Below are positions 9,499-19,831 of a stretch of DNA of 64,000 nucleotides, one piece after another (the first letter of the stretch is position 1; every line of letters begins with the position of its first letter). A model generated the notes under the pieces. The model made no database searches and was not told where the DNA came from. It saw only the letters and a program-made list of their open reading frames with translations. Both the position numbers and the translations under genes were made by a program. The DNA is taken from the sequence record DRR723986_1848. The stretch is one strand, 5' to 3'.

Positions 9499-10872
9499 AT
9501 GGCTCAGGCTCTAGTGGAGGACAGTGGTCACGACACCTTGGGGCAGAGTGTTGGCTGGACCAGCCCTGACTACTTCAATGAGCAGGAATGCCTGAGCAGC
9601 ATGGAGCGTGTGTTCGACGTGTGCGCCACCTGCCGGCTCTGTTTATCCCAGTGCAATACTTTCCCCTCCCTGTTCGATCTGATTGATGAATCTGAAGATT
9701 CAGAGCTTGGCAGTGTGCCCAAATCGCGCTACCTGGACTTGGCTGATCAATGTCACCTGTGTGATCAATGCCATCTCGGTCACTGCCCATACAGCGCACC
9801 CCACCCTCAGCAAATTGATTTTCCGGCGACCATGCTGCGGGCCAAGGCCATCAAGTTTGCCAAGGGCAGCATCGGTCACGCCAGCGCTGCAGGGCGGCAC
9901 CATCCTTTCTCTCATCTGGCGGGTGTTCCGGTTGTCGCTGCGTTGGCAAATACAGTGGTGGGCAGCAGTGCCGCGCGCAAGTTGATTGAACGCAGCACGG
10001 GTATTGACGCACAAGCCTGGTTGCCCAAGTTGGCCAAGCAAACATTTCTTGCCCAGGAGCGCGAGCTGATTCTGGCACACCCCACGCAGGCGCCTGTGGT
10101 GGCAGATCACAGCCTGGTGCCCCGGCAAGTCGCAATTTACGCGGGCTGCTATATCAATTTGCACGAACCTGAAATTGGTCAGGACTTGATTCAGGTGCTG
10201 CAGCACAACGACATTGAGTGCGTGATCGCCAATCTTGAGGGCTGTTGTGGGCAAGCCAAACTGACCAAGGGTGACATTTCCGGTTTTGCGGCAGTGGCGC
10301 GGGCCAACATTCCGAGCTTGCTGGCCTTGGCTGAAAGTGGTTATGCGATTGTGTCCCCTAGCCCAAGCTGTGCGCGAATTTTTACTCACAAGTTGCCCGC
10401 TCTTTTTCCGGCAGATACAGACATTCAGCGGGTGAAGGACGCATTCTGGGCACCCACGGAGTATCTGGTCGCCTTGCACGGCGAAGGCGCTTTAAGAATT
10501 GATTTCGTCAATACTTTGGGCAAGGTGAATTATCACGAGCCATTCCTGGGCGGCGCCCATTTGGGCATTGCACGGCACACCGAGACGTTGTTGGGCCTGG
10601 TGCCCGACACCAAGGTGAATGTGGTCAAGGGCAGCCCCGGCTTTGGTAGTCATTGGGGCAATCAGCGCGAAGATTATCCTGTGGCGATAAAACTGGGACA
10701 GCGCGTGTTCAGGCAAATGGCTGAGCCGGCTGACTATTTGACAACAGACTGCCAGTGGACCGGGAGGCAAATTGCCTGGGGTATTGAAATCCTGGACGTT
10801 GTCCAGACCTCTGACAAAAAACCGGAGCTGGCCCACCCGCTGACCTTGCTGCGAATGGCTTACGGATTGTAA
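9499..10872 (+). CDS. Fe-S oxidoreductase, GlpC/HdrD-like (4Fe-4S plus CCG domains)
   Basis: CATCRLCLSQC and CHLCDQC...CP ferredoxin motifs; GCCG and SPSC. Confidence 0.75.
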   Translation: MAQALVEDSGHDTLGQSVGWTSPDYFNEQECLSSMERVFDVCATCRLCLSQCNTFPSLFDLIDESEDSELGSVPKSRYLDLADQCHLCDQCHLGHCPYSAPHPQQIDFPATMLRAKAIKFAKGSIGHASAAGRHHPFSHLAGVPVVAALANTVVGSSAARKLIERSTGIDAQAWLPKLAKQTFLAQERELILAHPTQAPVVADHSLVPRQVAIYAGCYINLHEPEIGQDLIQVLQHNDIECVIANLEGCCGQAKLTKGDISGFAAVARANIPSLLALAESGYAIVSPSPSCARIFTHKLPALFPADTDIQRVKDAFWAPTEYLVALHGEGALRIDFVNTLGKVNYHEPFLGGAHLGIARHTETLLGLVPDTKVNVVKGSPGFGSHWGNQREDYPVAIKLGQRVFRQMAEPADYLTTDCQWTGRQIAWGIEILDVVQTSDKKPELAHPLTLLRMAYGL

Positions 10873-11575
10873 GTCGGCTGCTGAGCCACAGGCGATTGGC
10901 TGCCCGCCTCGCCTCCCAGCGTTTTTCTGTACTGAATGGCGGTGGCAATGTGTTTTTTCTCGATTTGACTGGCTTGGTCCAGGTCGGCCAAAGTGCGTGC
11001 CACCCGGCAAATCCGATGCAGTGCCCGTGCTGAAAGATGATTTTTTTGTGCATAGGCCAATAGTAGTTTTTCAGCGCCGCTGGCGGGTTTGCAATGCTTG
11101 TTGATTTGGCCCGCACTCATTTCGCCGTTCAGGCAGCCTTGGCGTTCAAGTTGAACAGTGCGGGCTTCCTCAACCCGCTTGCGTAGCCCTGCGCTGCCGC
11201 CCAATTCGGTCGGTTCTGTTTCCCCTTGCAGCAGCGCGCCATGGTCAATCGCCTGCACTTCCACTGAAATGTCCAGCCGATCGGCCAACGGACCAGACAA
11301 TTTGTTTTGATATTTCCTCACTTGCTCGGGAGTGCACCGACATTCTTTTGCCGGGTGTCCCAGCCAGCCGCAGGGGCAAGGGTTGTGGGCGCACACCCAC
11401 AAAAACTTTGCCGGAAAACTGGCTTGGTGACCCGATCTGGAAATATTCACCCGGCCAGTTTCAAGTGGCTCCCGCAGCGACTCCAGACAACGTCGATCGA
11501 ATTCCAACACTTCATCGGTGAATAAAATGCCCTGATGAGCCAGGGTAATTTCTCCCGGGGAGGGTGGGTTTCCGC
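10860..11575 (-). pseudogene. comM: comM/yifB 3' fragment (disrupted by the transposon)
   Basis: NPPSPGEITLAHQGILFTDEVLEFDRRCLESLREPLETG...NPCPCG...LSGPLADRLD...SARALHRICRVARTLADL; joins in frame with the 50927-51793 fragment. Confidence 0.93.
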
Positions 11576-11681
11576 TGTTAATTCTATTTAATAATGCGAC
11601 TACCGATCTTGTAAAATCAAGGATTTAAACGCATTATATTAGCTAAATAATGCGACTAATTTCTGCTTTTTAATGCGACTA
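11576..11681 (+). repeat. Left transposon end with three putative TnsB-binding sites
   Basis: TGTTAATTCTATTTAATAATGCGACTAC; (A)TAATGCGACTA at 11591-11602, 11647-11658 and 11671-11681. Confidence 0.88.
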
Positions 11682-11699
11682 GATAGGAAATCATAATTA

Positions 11700-12365
11700 A
11701 TGACGCAACTGGATTCTGAGCGCCCGGTTCGACCGCTCAAAACAAGTAGAAGGTGCTTGACTGGCCGTGTTTCGACGGGTGGAGGTAGCGCAAACTTTGA
11801 ATCCTCTCTAGAAAGGGATTGGATTGCCGTATTGGACTTTCACCCTGCGGTTAAAAGTATCCGTGAACAACCTTTCTCCCTCTACTACGATCTTGATGGG
11901 GTTAAAAGGCGCTACACGCCAGACGTTTTGGCTGAGTGGTCAACGCCTAAAGGTAACGTCAAAACAATAGTGTATGAGGTAAAGCCGATTGACGAATTGA
12001 GAGCCAATTGGAAAACATACCGACCACGATTTAAAGCTGCGGTTCGATACTGCCGATCGAGAGGCTGGAAATTCAAAATTGTGACTGAGCGCGAGATCAG
12101 AACACCCTACTTGAAAAATGTTCAATTTCTTCGACGCTACAGAGCCCTTGATCCCCAAAAGTTGACTGGTGATCAGCTTCTCTACACTCTTAAAGCTCTA
12201 GGGCCAACTACGCCACAAGCTCTATTGGCTGCATCGTATCTTTACCAGGAAACCAGATTGAAGGCCATTCCAGAACTTTGGAGGTTGGTGGCTTGCGGAC
12301 AGATTGGTGTTCTTCTAGATGAAAAGTTGACTATGAACAGCACCATTTGGTTGATCGGAGCCTGA
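11700..12365 (+). CDS. tnsA: TnsA endonuclease
   Basis: FESSLERD...EQP...YTPD...YEVKP PD-(D/E)xK pattern; first gene inside the left end. Confidence 0.9.
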   Translation: MTQLDSERPVRPLKTSRRCLTGRVSTGGGSANFESSLERDWIAVLDFHPAVKSIREQPFSLYYDLDGVKRRYTPDVLAEWSTPKGNVKTIVYEVKPIDELRANWKTYRPRFKAAVRYCRSRGWKFKIVTEREIRTPYLKNVQFLRRYRALDPQKLTGDQLLYTLKALGPTTPQALLAASYLYQETRLKAIPELWRLVACGQIGVLLDEKLTMNSTIWLIGA

Positions 12366-12366
12366 T

Positions 12367-14301
12367 ATGCCTGGCATTTCAAAAGCATTCTTCAAGGTGG
12401 AAATTGGCCAATTAGTGACCTATAAAGAGGAGCGATTCAAGATCACCCATCTGATTTCCGTGGAGAGTGTTCTGGCGTTGAACTTGCGAACGCTCGAGAG
12501 CGAGCGTCTTTACATCGATGAGATCAAGCTCGTAGCAAATGACGATGGTTTAAAGGACACAAATGTTGTAGGTCATAACGACCTAACACTTTATAGCGAG
12601 GAGGAGTGGGCTCAAGCTCAACGTAGATTTTTAGTGATCAAACCACTGCTGGAGAACCCGATCCGTTCTCGAACCGATGCTGAAAAGATTGCTGATAGCA
12701 GTGGTGTTCATGTAGCAACCTTGTACCGTTGGCTGAAGAACTATCAAGAGGCTGGACATGTATCTGCTTTGGTTCCATCAAAACGAGGCCGAAAGTATGG
12801 GAGTAAGTTGTTGGCTCAGGAGCAAGAAAAAATCGTCGAGAGCGTGATTGAAGATATTTATCTAAACAAGCAGCGTCACAAGCCCCAGGATGTGATTGAA
12901 GAGGTCAATAGACGATGCCGCTTAGCGAAAATTGCTGCCCCTCACTCAAACACTGTGCGTCACAGGCTCAAGCTACTTGACCCAGCAGCCACGATGCGAC
13001 TAAGAGGATTCAAGGAGGCAGCTCGTAACAAGTACGCCCCTATTCTTGGGCAATTCCCTGGCGCCGATTATCCACTTGCGGTGGTGCAAATCGATCACAC
13101 GGAAGCTGACATTATTTTGGTGGATGAAGTTCATCGAAAGCCGATAGGCAGACCTTGGATGACTTTGGCCATTGACGTATGTACTAGAACAGTTGCTGGT
13201 CTTTACGTCACCTTCGAAAAACCCAGTGCCGCATCTGTAGGTATGTGTATTGCTCACGCAATTTGTCCTAAACGTGAGTATCTCGCCGAGCTTGGAATCG
13301 AGGGTGACTGGAGTGTTTGGGGTGTCATGAGTGTTATTCACACGGACAATGCAAAAGAGTTTCGCGGCGTGGTTCTTGATAGGGCTTGTGTTGAATACAA
13401 CATCGATTTGCAGTGGAGGCCTGTGCTCCTGCCGCATTACGGTGGTCATATTGAGCGCCTGATGGGCACAATGGCCAATGAGATTCGCAAACTGCCAGGT
13501 GCAACTTTCTCAAACCCAACGAAACGCAAAGGTTACGACTCTGAAAAAAATGCAGCGATGACACTTAAGGAATTTGAGCGTTATTTAGTGGATTTCATAG
13601 TCAACGTTTATCACCAGCGCGTTCACTCGCAACTGGGAATGTCGCCCCGACGAAAATGGGAGTTGGGCGTGATGGGGGACGAGCATATGACAGGAACCGG
13701 GATCATGCCGATTCCCGAGGACCCGCTTAGAGTGCGTTTGGATTTCATGCCATTTTTTGAACGGACTGTTCAACAATATGGAATCAAAATCGATTGCATC
13801 ACTTATTACGATCACATCCTAGATCCCTATATCAACTCAATTGATCTAGAGAACAAGCGCGAGAAGAAAACCTTTGTTGTCCGTCGAGACCCACGGGACA
13901 TCAGCAAGATCTATTTTTTCGATCCTGCTGACAACAGGTATGTTGTCATCCCTTATCGAAATATTGGCCAACCCGCGATGAGCGTGTGGGAGCTAAAAGA
14001 AGTTCAGCAGTTACTGAAAACTCAAGGGAAAGAAGATGTCGATGAAAACATGATCTTTGAGGCCTTGGGACGAATGCGTTCTCGTATTGAAGAAGCGAAA
14101 CACAAGACTAAAGCTGCTCGCCGTCAGGCTACAAGAAATCCCTCTATGAACGGGGCTAATCCAAACACAGGAAAATCTAACGCCAATTTGACTTTAAAGT
14201 CGAGCTCTTTCCCGCTGATCGAGTCAGCTTCCGTTGCCAATGAAGATGACCCTTTTGCGCAAGATATTGAGCCCTTCGATGAGATCTCACTGAGACGATG
14301 A
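12367..14301 (+). CDS. tnsB: TnsB/TniA DDE transposase
   Basis: HTH (VHVATLYRWL); catalytic QIDHT, HTDNAKEF and GGHIERLMGT; Mu C-terminal VRRDPRDIS. Confidence 0.93.
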   Translation: MPGISKAFFKVEIGQLVTYKEERFKITHLISVESVLALNLRTLESERLYIDEIKLVANDDGLKDTNVVGHNDLTLYSEEEWAQAQRRFLVIKPLLENPIRSRTDAEKIADSSGVHVATLYRWLKNYQEAGHVSALVPSKRGRKYGSKLLAQEQEKIVESVIEDIYLNKQRHKPQDVIEEVNRRCRLAKIAAPHSNTVRHRLKLLDPAATMRLRGFKEAARNKYAPILGQFPGADYPLAVVQIDHTEADIILVDEVHRKPIGRPWMTLAIDVCTRTVAGLYVTFEKPSAASVGMCIAHAICPKREYLAELGIEGDWSVWGVMSVIHTDNAKEFRGVVLDRACVEYNIDLQWRPVLLPHYGGHIERLMGTMANEIRKLPGATFSNPTKRKGYDSEKNAAMTLKEFERYLVDFIVNVYHQRVHSQLGMSPRRKWELGVMGDEHMTGTGIMPIPEDPLRVRLDFMPFFERTVQQYGIKIDCITYYDHILDPYINSIDLENKREKKTFVVRRDPRDISKIYFFDPADNRYVVIPYRNIGQPAMSVWELKEVQQLLKTQGKEDVDENMIFEALGRMRSRIEEAKHKTKAARRQATRNPSMNGANPNTGKSNANLTLKSSSFPLIESASVANEDDPFAQDIEPFDEISLRR

Positions 14302-14302
14302 A

Positions 14303-15193
14303 TTGATGACTAAATTCGCGCATCTAAATGAGGAGGTTGCTGACGTACTGACTCTTCCTACTCCGGAAAGGATCGAGTTCTGCCAGTCGGATCGTTGGGT
14401 TGGATACACCAGGGCAACTCGAATTCTTGAACAATTAGATCAGCTACTCATCTATCCAAAAACACTTCGGATGCCAAATCTTTTGGTCGTGGGGAGAAGC
14501 GGTAACGGAAAAAGCTCAATATTAGAGCGGTTCGCCTGTCGCCATCCAATCCAGATTACCGCAGCTGGGGCGCCCATGGCGCCTCTGTTGCATATTGAAA
14601 TGCCAGATACCCCCGATGAGTCCGAATTGTGGTCAACAATTCTTTGGGCACTGGGTATATCACACCGTGAAAAAGACCCTGCCTCGCTAAAAAAACGTCA
14701 GGTGAAATCCGCACTTCAATACGCTTCAGTCAGATTACTGGTCATTGACGAATTCAATAACCTGTCCAATGCTGGGAAAAAAGCGGCGGATTTATTGGCT
14801 GCCATCAAGGGATTAAGCAACGATTTAAAAATATCAATCGTCGCAGCGGGCACTCAGGCTGCAATCAACGCGCTGAACTCTGATCCTCAAATGAAATCGA
14901 GATTTGAGCCAGCACCTTTAGATAGGTGGCGGCTTGATGCGGAGTATTTACGGTTTTTGGCAAGTTATGAAAGGTTATTACCCTTGGCGGAACCTTCAGG
15001 CTTGGCCACAAGAGAGATTGCTCCAATTATTTATGGCATGTGCGGAGAGACGATCGGCTCGACCGTGAAGCTTTTGAAAGCGGCAGCTTGTTTCGCGATT
15101 AATAATGGCGTTGAGAAGATAGATGCGCGTGTTCTCAAAAACTTGCCCTGGACCAAACCAGGAGAATGGGATGAAGTGGCTCGCCGACTATGA
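14303..15193 (+). CDS. tnsC: TnsC/TniB AAA+ ATPase
   Basis: DRWVGY; Walker A GRSGNGKS; Walker B LVIDE; DPQMKSRF. Confidence 0.92.
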   Translation: MMTKFAHLNEEVADVLTLPTPERIEFCQSDRWVGYTRATRILEQLDQLLIYPKTLRMPNLLVVGRSGNGKSSILERFACRHPIQITAAGAPMAPLLHIEMPDTPDESELWSTILWALGISHREKDPASLKKRQVKSALQYASVRLLVIDEFNNLSNAGKKAADLLAAIKGLSNDLKISIVAAGTQAAINALNSDPQMKSRFEPAPLDRWRLDAEYLRFLASYERLLPLAEPSGLATREIAPIIYGMCGETIGSTVKLLKAAACFAINNGVEKIDARVLKNLPWTKPGEWDEVARRL

Positions 15194-16284
15194 CTCACCT
15201 TGAACCCTGGGTCATTCGTCCAGCTCCAAATTCAGGTGAGCTTTTAAGTTCTTACTTGATTCGGATTTCACGAGCCCATGGAAGAAGCCCGGGAGCGTTC
15301 TATCGCCAATTTTTCCCAAATAACACGTGTTGGAGAATGGACTTAGACCGTAACGCGAGTGAGCGCTTCCTGGAGGACCTTTCGCGGTTTGTCAAGATTG
15401 ATGACCGAGTACTCAAGGACTTGACGTTAAGATCTTGGATGGAGAACCTCGATACGAAAACCGGGAAATCAGCTAAGGCTAATGTTGCTGTAACTCCATG
15501 GATTAATTCCTTGGGTGTGCACAAACAATCGACTAGAAAGCACACACTCTCTTTCTGTCCTTCGTGCTTGAAAGAGAAGAATTTCTTGCGTAAAGAATGG
15601 CGTCTCTCGTTCGTGACTGTGTGTGCTACACATCGCAATACTTTGATTGATGGTTGCCCCAATTGTGATGCGCCATTTGTTTACCTTGGACAAGGTTTAG
15701 CTTGGCCGAGTTGTAATCAATGCGGACATTCATTTCTTGTTCAAGAAGGTGCTCTTGATGAATTTATATTTGGAAATCTATGTGATTTCCAACATCAATT
15801 ACTCCGAGGTTTGATGGATGATAAGGTGGTTTTTTTCGGGCATCATCTTTCTGCGCAAGAGTTTTTCTCAGGTATTTACTTGGTACTTCGAGCCGTAAAA
15901 CTCAGACTTAGAATACTTGGAAATAGGCCTTGCCTTTCATTAATGCTCGGATCTGTCTCTTCAAAGAGAGTCGAATTTACCCGGGTCAATGAACGCGTAC
16001 ATCAGTGTTTGTTGCTAAATGAATTGATTAAAGATTGGCCTTGCGGTTTTCTTGCCATTTGTAGTGAGATTGGCTTGAGCCAACGTGTATTTGATGACTC
16101 GTACAAATTACCTATTTGGTTGAGGAGCGTTGTCGATCAGTTAAAACCAGGGCAAAGCAGGATTCGCAAGCCTCAACTCTGTACGGTACGTAAGCAGTTA
16201 AGGCAAATCCATAGGCGGAAAACTGGTGATTGGCGTGCTGAACGCGCTAATTTGCTTCTGACAAAAGCGGGTTTTCAGCTATGA
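15190..16284 (+). CDS. tniQ: TniQ family protein
   Basis: P..GELLSSYLIR N-terminus; FCPSCL...WRL..VTVC..H...L.D.CPNC zinc motif. Confidence 0.88.
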   Translation: MTHLEPWVIRPAPNSGELLSSYLIRISRAHGRSPGAFYRQFFPNNTCWRMDLDRNASERFLEDLSRFVKIDDRVLKDLTLRSWMENLDTKTGKSAKANVAVTPWINSLGVHKQSTRKHTLSFCPSCLKEKNFLRKEWRLSFVTVCATHRNTLIDGCPNCDAPFVYLGQGLAWPSCNQCGHSFLVQEGALDEFIFGNLCDFQHQLLRGLMDDKVVFFGHHLSAQEFFSGIYLVLRAVKLRLRILGNRPCLSLMLGSVSSKRVEFTRVNERVHQCLLLNELIKDWPCGFLAICSEIGLSQRVFDDSYKLPIWLRSVVDQLKPGQSRIRKPQLCTVRKQLRQIHRRKTGDWRAERANLLLTKAGFQL

Positions 16285-17807
16285 GCATAGATTCAAAATT
16301 TGGGCGTTATTGTGATGAATGTGGGGACACAATCAGCAAGGCCCATCGAATTTATTTGCAAAGAGACTACTGTACAAAATGTTATGTACGTATTTTTGTG
16401 CCCAAAAGTTGCTCAACCTGTGGCAAATCTACCCGTGTACATCGTCTCGAAACAACACCTCCGGTATGCCGTCAATGTACCAATCAAGGGCGAGTCTGTA
16501 TTAGATGTGAGAAGACGTTCACCAAAGCTGGATTGATCAGCGATGGGAAACCGGTGTGTCCGTCCTGCGTGCCGTTTTTTCGAACGCCAAATCCTTGCGG
16601 GGCTTGCGGCAAGATGTCAACGAGATTGTCCGCAATGCCATCTTTAGGCATTAACGACAAAGTGTGTGACTCGTGCCGCTACAAAGTAACTCATCGTACC
16701 TGTTCCGTTTGTCGTCGATACCGAAAAGTTGCCGGGAATACAGATGCTGGAGCTTCGTACTGTATTGCCTGTGTGCCTGGTTCAGAAAGCGCACACAATT
16801 GCCCTCAATGCGGAGTTCGAATCCCTGGTAATGGCAACGGGAAATGTATTGGGTGTCTTAACAGTATCCGACTTGAGAAAGAAGCGATGCTGCTAGCATC
16901 TTCGCTTTCGCACGACTGGGCGAAATCTCTTTGCATTGGTTTTGCGAACTGGTTATGGCAGCGTCACAAACAAGCCCCCAATCTCTGCGCTAAGTACCGA
17001 ACAAATCACCTGATCATCCAACAGCTGGATGCGACTTTTGTAGAGGTCGCGGATATATCGTCAAAAGCTTTATTGAGCAATTTCGGAACAGCAGCAATCA
17101 GACGACATCTGTTGTTATTTAAGTATTTGCAAGAGGCGTTGGGCTTTCATATCTCACAACAGGAAAAGTCTGATGCTTCAGACGCGCAGCGAATTCACCA
17201 AAACTTGTTGGATAACAGGAGTCAACCTTGGGCGAGCATTTTGATAGGTTATGTAAGTTGGCTTGAAGACCAAAAAGTATTGCTTCGCACCAGACGCCTT
17301 TATCTTTCAACAGCCGTGTCGTTTTGCCAGGCAGTGAAAATAAAGACTGCCTTTTGGGACGAGAAAAACGCCTACAAATTCTTGCGCACCAATCCAGGTT
17401 GCGAGGCAAATACTTCCAAGTTTGTTACATACTGCAGAGACGTTCTCGGTTGGCGTGTGGCAATGCCAAGGGTCAATCACGGTAAGACCGTGGCCAAACC
17501 TCCTAGAACAGTTAGCAGGCTTAAATTATTACTAGCTCGGGTGAAGGAGAATGGCATTGAACAGACTGACCAAAACACTCTTCGCTCAATTCTCGCTATA
17601 TCGCTTGGAATCAAATCCTCGGCATTGAAAGAAATTGATGGCTCGAGCTTCATGCGGATCAATACTTCTCTATTTATTCGTGTAGGAGACGAGTCAATAA
17701 AAATTCCTGACTCACTAGATCAGATTTCTGAAGCGTATATGAAATCGCTCAGCCATCAAGATCCGCGTGCGAGTTCGCTTGATGAGCACGAGACCAGCAG
17801 TAACTAA
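16281..17807 (+). CDS. TnsF/TniE-like zinc-finger target selector
   Basis: 12 CxxC motifs in the N-terminal half, then a helical region resembling tyrosine-recombinase core-binding domains; coupled to tniQ; element sits in comM. Confidence 0.7.
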   Translation: MSIDSKFGRYCDECGDTISKAHRIYLQRDYCTKCYVRIFVPKSCSTCGKSTRVHRLETTPPVCRQCTNQGRVCIRCEKTFTKAGLISDGKPVCPSCVPFFRTPNPCGACGKMSTRLSAMPSLGINDKVCDSCRYKVTHRTCSVCRRYRKVAGNTDAGASYCIACVPGSESAHNCPQCGVRIPGNGNGKCIGCLNSIRLEKEAMLLASSLSHDWAKSLCIGFANWLWQRHKQAPNLCAKYRTNHLIIQQLDATFVEVADISSKALLSNFGTAAIRRHLLLFKYLQEALGFHISQQEKSDASDAQRIHQNLLDNRSQPWASILIGYVSWLEDQKVLLRTRRLYLSTAVSFCQAVKIKTAFWDEKNAYKFLRTNPGCEANTSKFVTYCRDVLGWRVAMPRVNHGKTVAKPPRTVSRLKLLLARVKENGIEQTDQNTLRSILAISLGIKSSALKEIDGSSFMRINTSLFIRVGDESIKIPDSLDQISEAYMKSLSHQDPRASSLDEHETSSN

Positions 17808-17867
17808 CTTTACCAATACTGGGTCATTGGCCTGAGTTGGTTGCCCGGAAACTAAATGAGTCCATTT

Positions 17868-18806
17868 CTATGAGGCAGTAATAAACCGACAAGCTGAGTC
17901 AATTTCGGTTTTGTGTGTTCGAATCATTTTCTTCGCTTCTGCCTTCAGATTCTCGATGTTTCCATTGGTTGCGTTATCCATATCGTCTGACGCACTCGTT
18001 AGATCAGTTTGAAGGCGCACGTATCTGTCCCCTAGAAACATATTCATTTGATAGTTGGCTGCGTCGGAGACACCATCGAACATACAGCTCAACAAAGGGG
18101 CCAACCAGCCAGCCTTACCCCAATCCTTGGCTTCGGAAAAAGAGATCGGACGAATTAACTGGCCTGTGCCAATTGATAGGATAAAAAACTCCTCACTATC
18201 GCCAAAGATCTTTTTCGCCTCTGCATATGCGGAGACTGAGGGGCTGTTCATAAAAACACCGCCATCGATCAGGGCCCGATCAACTCCTCCTATCGGTATC
18301 AACGCAGGCTCAAAGTATGTGGGGGCGGCCGAAGTAGCACGTGCAGCGTGTTTCATCAATACAGACCGGTACTCTTCTCGCCAACTTTTAAAGAAAACAG
18401 GTTCTCTCCGGTGAATGTCATAGCTTGTAATAAGTGTTTTTGTCAAACCAGATCCAATAGGCGCGTCACCAAAGTATTCATCAAGAACTCGGTCTAGTCC
18501 CTTGTGAGAATAGAGTTCGTCGGTTAGGCCGCCAACGGAAGAAACACCCTTCCAAAGAGAACGTGAAAAAATTTCTTTCCCTCTAGATTGATAGATTTCG
18601 GCCAAGTCTCGTGCAGAATATTGTGGCTTACCGTTCCCATCATCCTTTGATATTCCCAAAGCTATTATTGCTCCGGTCGAGGTTCCAGCGATCAAATCAA
18701 AAGATGCAGAAATGGCCTTCCCTGTTTTTTGCTCAATCTCTGCCAATATCAGTGCTGGAATTAAGCCCCGAATACCGCCACCGTCGATACTTAAAATTCG
18801 TTTCAT
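17868..18806 (-). CDS. Patatin-like phospholipase
   Basis: ILSIDGGGIRG, GTSTG nucleophile elbow, SAAPTYF and DGG; start placed at ATG 18806. Confidence 0.92.
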   Translation of the reverse strand: MKRILSIDGGGIRGLIPALILAEIEQKTGKAISASFDLIAGTSTGAIIALGISKDDGNGKPQYSARDLAEIYQSRGKEIFSRSLWKGVSSVGGLTDELYSHKGLDRVLDEYFGDAPIGSGLTKTLITSYDIHRREPVFFKSWREEYRSVLMKHAARATSAAPTYFEPALIPIGGVDRALIDGGVFMNSPSVSAYAEAKKIFGDSEEFFILSIGTGQLIRPISFSEAKDWGKAGWLAPLLSCMFDGVSDAANYQMNMFLGDRYVRLQTDLTSASDDMDNATNGNIENLKAEAKKMIRTHKTEIDSACRFITAS

Positions 18807-18866
18807 CGTCGTATTTCCTTCTTGAGAAAGTTCCTGGTTAAGACTTTTCAAAAGCTGAGAATTGGC

Positions 18867-19478
18867 CTAGGGTTTGGAACATTCGAAATAACCGTCTTTA
18901 GCTTCGCTGGTTGGACACCAAGTAGACATATTTACGACATACGAGCTAGGGCGCACGACTTGCGCCTTACCGACGATATCTTCTGCTTCAGCGCGGGAGA
19001 CAACCACCTTAACGCTTCGGAATGATCCAGATCGTCGAAACACCGCAGCATCTCCAATGCCCATGCGCTGAGCAGTTTTTGTAACTTCAAACTTCGCTGC
19101 TTCAAGGGTTGTATCTCCGCCGAAAACAACTCCCCAGGTACCAGATGGATCCGTTGCAGAAGTAGATTGTTCAAAAGTGGATAACTGAGGAAGTGTGGTA
19201 TTTTCGACCAGGGCAGTGGCTGTCGCGTTAGACATGGGAACCCCAGAATAACGATTGATTACCTCAACCGCCCAGAGCCTAAGATTTCGGTTCTCACTGG
19301 TTTGTTCAGTTTTGGGATCTTGCCTGAGTATTGCTGTCGCAAGTTCCACGAACTTCATTTCGCTGTCTCGCTGCTTGTTTGACGTAGCTACCTGATTGCC
19401 TAAAAATGCGAGTGCAATTGGTATAAATAAAGCCGCAACTGCTTTACTGGCGATCTCGATCTTTTGCCAACTATCCAT
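18867..19478 (-). CDS. Hypothetical single-TM protein with a possible SPOR-like C-terminal domain
   Basis: TM helix AVAALFIPIALAFLG; C-terminal WGVVFG...A.....R.G.FRSV; co-oriented with the patatin gene. Confidence 0.5.
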   Translation of the reverse strand: MDSWQKIEIASKAVAALFIPIALAFLGNQVATSNKQRDSEMKFVELATAILRQDPKTEQTSENRNLRLWAVEVINRYSGVPMSNATATALVENTTLPQLSTFEQSTSATDPSGTWGVVFGGDTTLEAAKFEVTKTAQRMGIGDAAVFRRSGSFRSVKVVVSRAEAEDIVGKAQVVRPSSYVVNMSTWCPTSEAKDGYFECSKP

Positions 19479-19831
19479 CTTTCTCTCCCGTTTAACTGGG
19501 ACTGTCAAAGTTAGGTCATGCGGCAAGAAATAACACTTCTCTCCGCGCATTACTCTGAAGATGGCATTTGCAATCGAGCGTTATGATTATTTTAAAAGAC
19601 TATAAGTCAAGGAAGATCAGAGTGAAAGTATCCGGACCGGAGCTTTACAGGAGATGGGATACTTAAAATTCTCAGAGCTTCGATGGCGGCTTGATCTTCA
19701 TTAGGTACGTGCTTTTATTACCCCTCATTTGAGGGGGGTAGTGGAAGTGACATTCAAAACTACAGACAGGCTCGCGTCCCTAAGTGAGAGGGCCTTTAAT
19801 GATTTTTCCAATTTGTCTTTAGCGAATTTCA

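Noticed and set aside
17868-18806. Complete CBASS system
   Set aside because: No nucleotidyltransferase or Cap2/Cap3 gene nearby.
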